Below, in pieces: positions 19,126-26,941 of a DNA stretch of 64,000 nt (position 1 is the stretch's first letter; each line of letters starts with the position of its first letter). This DNA is from an uncultured Alphaproteobacteria bacterium (GTDB taxonomy: Bacteria; Pseudomonadota; Alphaproteobacteria; Sphingomonadales; Sphingomonadaceae): contig CAWAGD010000003.1 of assembly GCA_963781525.1 (NCBI GenBank), positions 14,296-78,295 on the forward strand, read 5' to 3'. Position numbers and translations under genes: made by a program. The notes beneath the pieces are model-generated. The model did no database searches and was not told the origin of the DNA. It was given only the letters and a program-made list of their open reading frames with translations.

Positions 19126-19971
19126 ATGCTGCACAAGATATTGAAGGGCGTTGCTCCGGTCTTCGCGCTGGCGCTCACCGCGGGGCTTGCGGGCTGCGAC
19201 GGGCACATCTCGATCAACGGCAGCGATGGGGTGCCGTTGTCGGAGCTCGATCTCGGCGGCCAGGCTCCCACCAGCCTGGTTCTGGCGGGACCCGACAACG
19301 TCGTAGTCGTCCGGGGCGACAAGCTGGCGATCGATGTCGGCGGCGATCCGCAGGCGGTCGAGGCGCTGCGCTTCACGCTCGACGACGAATCGCTCGGGGT
19401 GATGCGCAAGAATGGCTCGCATATCAGCGGCAAGGCGACGGTTCGAGTGACATTGCCCGAGCTCAGCAAGCTGACGCTTGCGGGATCGGGAACGGTCGAT
19501 GCCGACCGCCTGACCGGCCAGGCCGAAACGGTCATCGCCGGCAGCGGCACCGCTAACCTCGCGGCGATCGAGGCCGACAAGATCGAAGTGACGATCGCCG
19601 GATCGGGGACGCTCAAGGCCGCCGGTCGCGCCAGGTCGCTCGAGCTGACCGTCGCCGGATCGGGCACCGCCGACATGCGCGGGCTCAAGGTCGATACCGG
19701 CGAAGTCACTATCGCGGGATCGGGCGACGCGAGCTTTGCATCGGACGGCACGGTCGAGGCGACCATCATGGGTTCAGGCTCCGTATCGGTCACCGGCAGC
19801 GCCAGGTGCACGATCCAATCGATGGGCTCGGGCAAGCTGCACTGCAGCGCGGGCACGGCCTCCGCGGCCGACGCCGCCGACACTACTGTCGGTCCACATG
19901 CTCCGGTCGCGCCTACTCCACCGTCACCGCCTCCGCCACCGCCTCCGGGCACCCCTCCCACGCCTGAATAA
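19126..19971 (+). CDS. DUF2807/head GIN domain-containing lipoprotein with proline-rich C-terminus
   Basis: 281 aa with lipobox LTAGLAGC. It has repeated xAGSGxxxx beta-helix units (LAGSGTV, IAGSGTA, IAGSGTL, VAGSGTA, IAGSGDA, IMGSGSV). The C-terminal tail reads PTPPSPPPPPPPGTPPTPE. Confidence 0.7.
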   Translation: MLHKILKGVAPVFALALTAGLAGCDGHISINGSDGVPLSELDLGGQAPTSLVLAGPDNVVVVRGDKLAIDVGGDPQAVEALRFTLDDESLGVMRKNGSHISGKATVRVTLPELSKLTLAGSGTVDADRLTGQAETVIAGSGTANLAAIEADKIEVTIAGSGTLKAAGRARSLELTVAGSGTADMRGLKVDTGEVTIAGSGDASFASDGTVEATIMGSGSVSVTGSARCTIQSMGSGKLHCSAGTASAADAADTTVGPHAPVAPTPPSPPPPPPPGTPPTPE

Positions 19972-20028
19972 GTTCATCGCCCGGTAACGCCGGAAAGACT
20001 ACGGGCTGCGCAGCGAAAGGAATTTTCG

Positions 20029-20358
20029 ATGCGCAGCCCGTCTCTTGTTCTGCTGGTAGTTGCCTCATTCGCGCTGTCGGGCTGCCTGGCCAAGACTGCA
20101 TTCGACGTGGCGACCGCGCCGGTTCGGGTCGCGTCTAAGGCGGTCGACCTGGCGACCACCAGCCAATCGGAGGCTGATGAGAAGCGCGGCCGCGAAGTTC
20201 GCAAGCGCGAGGAGCGCCTTGGCCAACTTCAGCGTGAACGCGACAAGAACCAAAAATCCTGCCTCGCAGGAGACCGGCGGGCGTGCGACCGCCTCTCGTC
20301 GATCAACGCCGAGATTCACATCCTGATGCCGCAGGTCCCGGTCGAGCCCGACACCTAA
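20029..20358 (+). CDS. hypothetical lipoprotein
   Basis: 109 aa with lipobox FALSGC and a charged coiled-coil-like middle (EADEKRGREVRKREERLGQLQRERDKNQ). I do not recognise a family. Confidence 0.55.
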   Translation: MRSPSLVLLVVASFALSGCLAKTAFDVATAPVRVASKAVDLATTSQSEADEKRGREVRKREERLGQLQRERDKNQKSCLAGDRRACDRLSSINAEIHILMPQVPVEPDT

Positions 20359-21297
20359 GCCGATGCGCGGCGCAGGCGATCGTTAATCGCCGCGCCGATC
20401 AATTGGCGCGGGATCGGCGCGACCGCAATCCGCGGATGCGGCGCCTCGGCCGCTTGGTGCAGGCAGGCGTAAAGCCGCGCCGCCGCTTCGGACAGGTCGC
20501 CGCTGTCCGACAGATTGCAGTCACCCAGGATTGCACCATAGCCAATGAGGAATTCGTCCGCTTCGGCGCTGGCGGCGTCGAGCCGCACCGGCTTGCCCGG
20601 GGAATAGTGCTGCGCGAGCTGACCGGGGGCTTCGATCTGCGGGGCGTCTACCGACGATGGTACGCCGAGCAGCGCGACCAGCTCGCGCGCCGCGATCGGT
20701 CCTTCCCGTAGTAGCTGCCAGCTGGTCTCGCGCAGGGCGACGATCGTCGATTTCGAGCCCGCGCTCGCACGGTCCGGCGTCGAGCACCGCGTCGATCCGG
20801 CCGTCGAGGGTGATCAGCACGTGATCCGCGCTGGTCGGGCTCACCGCGCCGCTGCGATTTGCGGACGGTGCGGCGAGCGGCACGCCGCTCGCCTCTAGCA
20901 CCGCGCGCATGGCTGGGTGTGCCGGGCAGCGCAACGCGATCGTCGGCAAGCCCGCGGTGACCGCGTGCACGATGCCGCTGCCGTCCCGGCTCGGCAGCAC
21001 GAGCGTGAGCGGTCCCGGCCAGAACCGGCTGGCGATTGCTCGCGCTCGCGCATCGAACCACGCGAGCTGCTCGGCGGCCATGAGCGTGGGCACGTGGACA
21101 ATCAGCGGATTGAAGTCCGGCCGCCCTTTGGCGCGATAGATTTCCGCCACCGCCGCGTCGCTGTCGGCGCGTGCCGCGAGGCCATACACCGTCTCCGTCG
21201 GCAGTGCGACAAGACCGTCTGCCTCGATCAGCATTGCCGCCCGCGCGATTCCCGCCGCGTCGGCCATCAGCCGCTGTGTCACCCGCTTGTCGCCCAT
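20355..21297 (-). pseudogene. tsaC: L-threonylcarbamoyladenylate synthase (Sua5/YwlC-type TsaC), single-base frame break near 20751-20753 as sequenced
   Basis: ORF 20521..21297 carries PTETVYGLAA, RAKGRPDFNPLIVHV and APSANRSG up to DAGPCERGLE. The expected continuation STIVALRETSWQLLREGP .. PGQLAQHYSPGKPVRLDAASAEADEFLIGYG is in another frame and ends with ORF 20355..20588. The length of 943 nt is 3n+1. The extra base is in the ttt run (minus-strand CTCGAA-A-TCGACG). Confidence 0.85.
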
Positions 21298-21348
21298 CGG
21301 ACGGCGCTATAAGCGAAGACCGTTGCCAGTCCCAAGGAGAACCCGCGC

Positions 21349-23085
21349 GTGTATCGACCCGCCACCGCCGACCAACTGCTCGCGTTGCAAGTCTGCGCCG
21401 GGATCGGTGAGCTTGCAAAGAGCGAGCGTTTCGCCACCGCGGAGCCCGACATGGTCGCCGCCATAGTCGAAGGGATCGGATCGTTTGCGGCAGGTGAATG
21501 GGCGCCGCTCAACCGTGTCGGAGATCTCGAAGGCGCGCAGCTCGAGAACGGCGTCGTCAGGCTGCCCGACGGGTTCGATGAAGCGTATGATCACTACGTC
21601 GAACAGGGTTGGAACACGATCGCCGCGCCTGCCAAGCACGGAGGGCAGGGTTTGCCGTTCTCGCTGGGGTGCAACGTGCTCGAGAATCTCGGCACCGCCA
21701 ACTTCGCCTTGAACTTGCTGCCGATGCTCACCACTGGCGCGATCGACGCGCTCGAGCAGCATGGGTCGGACGCGCAGCAGGCAACGTACCTGCCCAAGAT
21801 GATCAGCGGCGAATGGTCGGGGACAATGAACCTGACCGAGCCTCAAGCGGGCAGCGATCTGGGCGCGCTGCGCTCTACCGCTACGCCGATCGATTCGGGC
21901 GAACACGGCGGCAAATATCGCATCGCGGGAACCAAGATCTTTATCACCTGGGGCGACCACGAGCTGGCGGGTAATGTGATTCACCTCGTTCTTGCGCGAC
22001 TGCCCGAAGCGCCTGAAGGCAGCCGCGGCATATCGTTGTTCGTGGTGCCGAAGTATCTGGTCAATGCCGACGGCACACTGGGCGCCCGCAACGATCTGCG
22101 GTGCGTCAGCCTCGAGCACAAGCTCGGCATTCACGCCTCGCCCACTTGCGTGATGTCGTATGGCGACAACGGAGAATGCATCGGTGAACTCGTCGGCCGA
22201 CCCAACCGCGGGCTGATGGCAATGTTCACGATGATGAACAACGCGCGGATCAACGTCGGCAACCAGGGGGTGCAGATTGGAGAGCGCGCGACGCAGGCGG
22301 CGATGTCGTATGCTCGCGAGCGAATCCAGTCGGTCCGCGCCGGCTCGTCCGACCGAACCCCGGTTGGGATTATCGAGCATCCCGACGTGCGGCGGATGCT
22401 GCTGCGAATGAAGGCGCTGACCGAAGGTGCGCGTGCGTTGCTGTATTACACCGCGGGACAAGTCGACCGCGGCACACTGGGCGACGCCGCGGCCGCGGCG
22501 CGTGCGGAATGCCTCGTCCCCATGCTCAAGGCATGGGGGACCGATATCGGCGTCGAAGTCGCGAGCCTAGGGGTGCAGGTCCACGGCGGCATGGGCTTCA
22601 TCGAGGAAACTGGCGCGGCGCAGCACTATCGAGACGCGCGGATCGCGCCGATTTACGAAGGGACCAACGGCATCCAGGCAGCCGACTTGGTCACCCGCAA
22701 ATTGGCCCTTGAGGATGGCGCAGTGCTCGAGGCACTGTTCGGCGACATTAAACGGGATGCGGGCAGCAATTCCCATCTCGCTCTCCTGGCCGAGGAGTGT
22801 CGCGCGGTGGCCCACTGGATGCGGGCGGACGCGAGCGTCGACGACCGCCTCGCCGGTAGTACTGCGTTCACCGCGATGAGCGCGGTGGCGGTCGCGGGGT
22901 GGCAGCTTGCACGCCAGGCGCGGGCGGTGGGCGATGGCGCCGCGCCGTCGCTGGCAGCGACAAAACCGGTCACCGCACGCTACTTCCTCGATCGCGTTGT
23001 GCCCGAGGCGCTCGGCCTCGCGGCATCGGCGCGCGGCGGGGCTGATCTGCTTTACGCGCTGACCAGCGAGGCGCTCGCCGGATGA
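21349..23085 (+). CDS. acyl-CoA dehydrogenase (long, about 580 aa, FadE/AcdA-like)
   Basis: 578 aa with SGEWSGTMNLTEPQAGSDLGALR, VMSYGDNGECIGELVG, and VQVHGGMGFIEETGAAQHYRDARIAPIYEGTNGIQ. It has a GTG start. Confidence 0.9.
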   Translation: MYRPATADQLLALQVCAGIGELAKSERFATAEPDMVAAIVEGIGSFAAGEWAPLNRVGDLEGAQLENGVVRLPDGFDEAYDHYVEQGWNTIAAPAKHGGQGLPFSLGCNVLENLGTANFALNLLPMLTTGAIDALEQHGSDAQQATYLPKMISGEWSGTMNLTEPQAGSDLGALRSTATPIDSGEHGGKYRIAGTKIFITWGDHELAGNVIHLVLARLPEAPEGSRGISLFVVPKYLVNADGTLGARNDLRCVSLEHKLGIHASPTCVMSYGDNGECIGELVGRPNRGLMAMFTMMNNARINVGNQGVQIGERATQAAMSYARERIQSVRAGSSDRTPVGIIEHPDVRRMLLRMKALTEGARALLYYTAGQVDRGTLGDAAAAARAECLVPMLKAWGTDIGVEVASLGVQVHGGMGFIEETGAAQHYRDARIAPIYEGTNGIQAADLVTRKLALEDGAVLEALFGDIKRDAGSNSHLALLAEECRAVAHWMRADASVDDRLAGSTAFTAMSAVAVAGWQLARQARAVGDGAAPSLAATKPVTARYFLDRVVPEALGLAASARGGADLLYALTSEALAG

Positions 23086-23900
23086 GCGACGCGCTCGAGC
23101 GGATCGCCGCGGCGCTCGAGCGCATCGCTCCCCCGCCAGCCGGACACGTCGACTGGCTCGCCGCGCCCGCATTCGTGTGGGACGTCGCTGGCGCACGAGC
23201 AGTGGAGCATATCGAAGCGCCTAACTTGGCTCAGCTAGTCGGCATCGACCGGCAAAGGACGCTTGTGGCTGCCAACGTCGCGCGGCTTGCAGCGGGAAGC
23301 GCGGCGCATGACATGCTGCTGTGGGGCGCCCGCGGGATGGGCAAGAGCGCGCTGGTCCGCGCTGCAACCATCGCCGCCCAAGTCGTCGCGCCGCGCGCGT
23401 TGGCGCTGGTCCAGATCGCCGCCGACGCGCTGCCAACCCTGCCCATCCTGTTTGCCTTGCTCGGCAGGCAATCGCGAAACTACCTGGTCTACCTCGACGA
23501 CCTCGGGTTCGCCGAAGGCGACTCGGCAGGCCCGCGCCACTTGCGCAGCTGGCTTGAGGGCGGCGTCGAGGCGCGCCCGGACAACGTGCGTCTTGCCGTC
23601 ACCAGCAATCGCCGCGCGATCCTGCCGCGCCACAGCGCCGAGCAGGCCGATCCCCTGAACCCGCGCGATGCGCTCGACGACTTGCAGGCCCTGGCGGACC
23701 GCTTCGGCCTCGCGATCGGATTTCACACGGCCAGTCAGGACGACTACCTCGCAATGATCGCCGCCTATGCCGAACCGCTCGGCCTCGCGTGGGAGCAGAG
23801 CGATGCGCTTGAATGGGCGAGGCGGCGCGGCGCGCGTTCGGGGCGCACCGCCTGTCAGTTCGTCACCGAGCTGGCCGGCCGGGCCGGCCGGCGCATCTAA
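23082..23900 (+). CDS. DUF815 domain-containing AAA-type ATP-binding protein
   Basis: 272 aa with Walker A WGARGMGKSALV and Walker B-like LVYLDDLGF. An ATGA overlap joins it to the upstream gene. Confidence 0.75.
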   Translation: MSDALERIAAALERIAPPPAGHVDWLAAPAFVWDVAGARAVEHIEAPNLAQLVGIDRQRTLVAANVARLAAGSAAHDMLLWGARGMGKSALVRAATIAAQVVAPRALALVQIAADALPTLPILFALLGRQSRNYLVYLDDLGFAEGDSAGPRHLRSWLEGGVEARPDNVRLAVTSNRRAILPRHSAEQADPLNPRDALDDLQALADRFGLAIGFHTASQDDYLAMIAAYAEPLGLAWEQSDALEWARRRGARSGRTACQFVTELAGRAGRRI

Positions 23901-23903
23901 CGG

Positions 23904-25364
23904 CTACTGGTTGGTGGCCCGGGCGAAGTCGTCGTCGAACGACGCCTTCTGCCCGCGCAGTTCGCGCATCGGCGGCATGCGCTTTCCGCTGACCCGCTCG
24001 ATTGCCGGCGAAGGCTTTGCCCCTGGCGCGGTCACCCGCCACACGATCCCGGCAGTGTCGTCGGTTACCAGCAACGCGCCGTCCTTGGCGAAAGCGACCC
24101 ACGTCGGCCGGCCGCGCGTGGTCTTGCCGTCTTGGGACAGGAATCCCGTCAGCAGCGGTACCGGCTTGCCCAAGGCATTGCCGCGCGCGTCGAACGGTAC
24201 GTAGATCACGTCGTAGCCCGACTTGGGCGAGCGGTTCCACGATCCGTGGCGGGCAATCACCGCGCCGGATGCGAATCGATCTCCCAGCGTCGCGCCGCCG
24301 CCGGTGAACGCCATCCCCAACGCCGCGACGTGCGGCCCGAGCGCGTAGCGCGGCATGCGGATGTAGTCCGGGTTGAACCCGGCGGGCTGGTACGCATCGA
24401 CGCGCTCGTCGAAATTGTTCCGCCACCATACCCACGGCCAGCCATAATCGGATCCGATCGGCACGTCGGTCAAATAGTCCGGTACCATGTCCGAGCCGAG
24501 CTGGTCGCGCTCGTTGACGGTCGCCCACAACTCACCGCTCCACGGCGAGAAAGCGAGCCCGTTGGGATTGCGCATCCCGCGCGCGAACTGGCGCTGGCGC
24601 TTGCTATCAAGATTGTAGTTCCAGATCGCAGCGCGGCCCTGCTCGGCCTCGATACCCTTTTCGGCGATGTTGGAAGCCGATCCGACCGCGACGTAAAGGT
24701 CCTTGCCGTCCGGCGAGATCACCACGTTTCGCATCCAGTGATTGCCGCCGCCCGGCAAGTCCATCAGCTTGGTTGGAGTGCCGGCCAGCGTGGTCGATCC
24801 GAGCGTGTAAGGAAACGCCAGCAGCGCATCGTGGTTGCCGACGTAGAGCGTCCCGTCCCGCCACGCCAGGCCCGAAGGCGAGGACAGCGCCGCGTTCGAC
24901 AAGATCGCGCGTTGCTCGGCCTTGCCGTCGCCATCGGTATCGCGCAGCAGCGCGATCTGGTTCGGGGTTTTTCCGCCAGCGCCCGCCTTTCGAAACAGGA
25001 AGCGCTCGATCATCCCGGTAATCCCGCTCGAACCCTTCGCGGGAGGACGGTTGGTGAGCGCGACGAGCACGTCGCCATTGGGCAGCACCAGCATCGTGCG
25101 CGGATGATCGAGCCCATCGGCAAAGCGCGTTACCGCCAGCCCCTCGGCCGCGACGGGGACTTGGTTGTCCCTCCATCCGACCGGTTCGGCAATGCCCACC
25201 GTAGGAAAGCTCTCGGCGCGTGGGTCGGTCAATTGCGGATCGGTCCCGGCAACCGCCGCAAGCGGCAGCTCCGCGGTGTCCGGGGTGGCGAGGTAAGCGA
25301 CGACGCCAATGATCAGAAGGATCACGACGAGGACGGTGGCGAGGATTTTGCGGCCGGTGCTCAT
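23904..25364 (-). CDS. PQQ-dependent sugar dehydrogenase / sorbosone dehydrogenase family protein
   Basis: Begins MSTGRKILATVLVVILLIIGVVAY (membrane anchor). It then shows beta-propeller blocks: DGLDHPRTMLVLPNGDVLVA, GGNHWMRNVVISPDGKDLYV, MRNPNGLAFSPWSGELWATVNERD, and GYDVIYVPF. The ORF track runs on to 25856, but the upstream 164 aa look spurious. Confidence 0.8.
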   Translation of the reverse strand: MSTGRKILATVLVVILLIIGVVAYLATPDTAELPLAAVAGTDPQLTDPRAESFPTVGIAEPVGWRDNQVPVAAEGLAVTRFADGLDHPRTMLVLPNGDVLVALTNRPPAKGSSGITGMIERFLFRKAGAGGKTPNQIALLRDTDGDGKAEQRAILSNAALSSPSGLAWRDGTLYVGNHDALLAFPYTLGSTTLAGTPTKLMDLPGGGNHWMRNVVISPDGKDLYVAVGSASNIAEKGIEAEQGRAAIWNYNLDSKRQRQFARGMRNPNGLAFSPWSGELWATVNERDQLGSDMVPDYLTDVPIGSDYGWPWVWWRNNFDERVDAYQPAGFNPDYIRMPRYALGPHVAALGMAFTGGGATLGDRFASGAVIARHGSWNRSPKSGYDVIYVPFDARGNALGKPVPLLTGFLSQDGKTTRGRPTWVAFAKDGALLVTDDTAGIVWRVTAPGAKPSPAIERVSGKRMPPMRELRGQKASFDDDFARATNQ

Positions 25365-25427
25365 GGCGCCAGTCGTTAGGGCGCTACGCGGCTTGCGGCA
25401 ACGGCGCGCTGCACTACATCGCGTGGG

Positions 25428-25938
25428 ATGTACGATTTTCGCCCCGATTCCGCGCTCGCCAAGCCAGAGCTGTACCGCCAGTTGCACAACGCCGCAGCGG
25501 CGCTGACTGATGGCGAGTCCGACGCAGTCGCCAACATGGCCAACGTCGCGGCGCTGATGTGGGAATATCTGCCCGATCTCAACTGGGCGGGGTTTTACCG
25601 CGTCACCAAGAGGGCAAGGGGACACCAATGAACTGGTGCTCGGTCCGTTCGCCGGCCGGCCGGCGTGCATCCGCATTCCGTTCGGCCAAGGCGTATGCGG
25701 CGCGGCGGCGGCCAACGGCCAGACCCAGATGGTGGCCGACGTCCACAGCTTTCCCGGGCACATCGCGTGCGATGCGGCGAGCAGCTCTGAACTGGTCGTG
25801 CCGGTCGTTCGCGATGGCTCGGTGATCGCGGTGATCGACCTCGACAGTCCGAGCAAGGCACGCTTCGATGAAGAAGATGCCGCAGGGATCGAGGCGCTCG
25901 CCGAGATGCTTGGCGCAAGGCTCGCAAGCGGGCTGTAA
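25428..25938 (+). pseudogene. GAF domain-containing protein (free methionine-R-sulfoxide reductase/YebR-like), frame break near 25611-25626 as sequenced
   Basis: ORF 25428..25631 ends ..LPDLNWAGFYRV then TKRARGHQ*. The expected continuation ELVLGPFAGRPACIRIPFGQGVCGAAAANGQTQMVADVHSFPGHIACDAASSSELVVPV is in the +1 frame (ORF 25636..25938). The total of 511 nt is 3n+1. The break falls among G-runs (aagagggcaagggga). Confidence 0.8.
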
Positions 25939-26035
25939 CCGGCCCGTTTCGGGACACGCCTCGCGCGCCATCTTTAGCGCAAGCCTAAGGCAGTGCTAAA
26001 TTTTCCGTTAACGCGGCCGACTCGGCGGCGCACAA

Positions 26036-26911
26036 ATGGGGATTTTCATGCGCATGCCATCCAGCCGCCCGATGCTCGCTCTTTCAGCCGCGATCGGCGC
26101 GGTGGCTGCCGCTCACCCAGCACTCGCGCAGGACGCGAGGACATATGAGTATGCTCAACCTGCGTCCGAAGCGCCGGTGGTATTTCGCAGCGAGCCGATG
26201 GTGCAGTCACTGGCTCTTCCGGCCTCGCCCACCGAAGCGACCCCTTACATCGCGGAGCCGATCGAAGCGCCCATGCCGCCCGTTCCGCCGATGGCGCCGC
26301 CTCCACCGTACATCGAATCGGGTTACGCTTCCCGGGACGCCTACCCTCCGTCGCATGCTTACAGCGCGCCTTATGCGCCCCACGGATACGTCGCGCCTGT
26401 CCGCTTCGACCGCGATGCCTGGCTTGATGATTGCCGCGACCGCATTCGCGGGGTCGATCGCAAGGATCGCGCGGGCGTCATCGGTGGTCTGCTTGGCGCG
26501 CTCGCCGGCGGAGTGATCGGCAATCGCTCCTGGGATTCGCATCGTCCGCAGGGACCCTGCTGGGTGCCGGGGTGGGCGGTCTTGCCGGCGTGGCGGTCGG
26601 CTCGGCGATCGGTGCCGCAAACGAGCCGGCACCACGATGACGAGTGCGCGTATCTACCTCGACCGCTCCATGAGTCGAGCGGAGTTGAAGCAGGCTACCG
26701 CGAATACGGTCTACCCTGGATACGGCTACCTGGTTACGGGTACGGCTACACGATGGTGCCGGTGCTGGTCATGGTGCCGCAGCGCCAAGTCGTGCGTGAA
26801 ACCGTCACCGAGGAATGGGTTGAAGAGCCGGTGCGCGAACGCGCGGTGACCCGCACACGGGTGATCCGCCCGGCGGCACACCGCGACAAGCGCCTCAAGT
26901 ATACCAAATAA
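26036..26911 (+). pseudogene. proline/glycine-rich glycine-zipper membrane protein; the reading frame appears to leave and re-enter between about 26520 and 26760
   Basis: It has signal peptide MLALSAAIGAVAAAHPALAQ and a Pro-rich region, then GVIGGLLGALAGGVIGNR. The textbook glycine zipper AGTLLGAGVGGLAGVAVGSAIGAA is encoded in a different frame (ORF 26431..26640). The long ORF reads the same bases as the implausible PQGPCWVPGWAVLPAWRSARRS. A third frame (ORF 26637..26849) carries IYLDRSMS and VYPGYGY fragments. The tail GYGYGYTMVPVLVMVPQRQVVRETVTEEW returns to the original frame. Confidence 0.6.
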
Positions 26912-26941
26912 CTCCGGCGCTCGCGGGCGCCGTCGCTGAAA

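Noticed and set aside
19400-19830. Regularly spaced repeats (gccggatcgggnac...) that could suggest a repeat array
   Set aside because: They are the coding repeats of the AGSGT beta-helix units of the DUF2807 lipoprotein. They are not CRISPR-like: there are no constant-length unique spacers and they lie within an ORF.
25365-25856. N-terminal 164-aa extension of the PQQ-dehydrogenase ORF
   Set aside because: The extension overlaps the GAF gene on the other strand and is not family-like. The ATG at 25364 gives a membrane anchor followed directly by the conserved domain.
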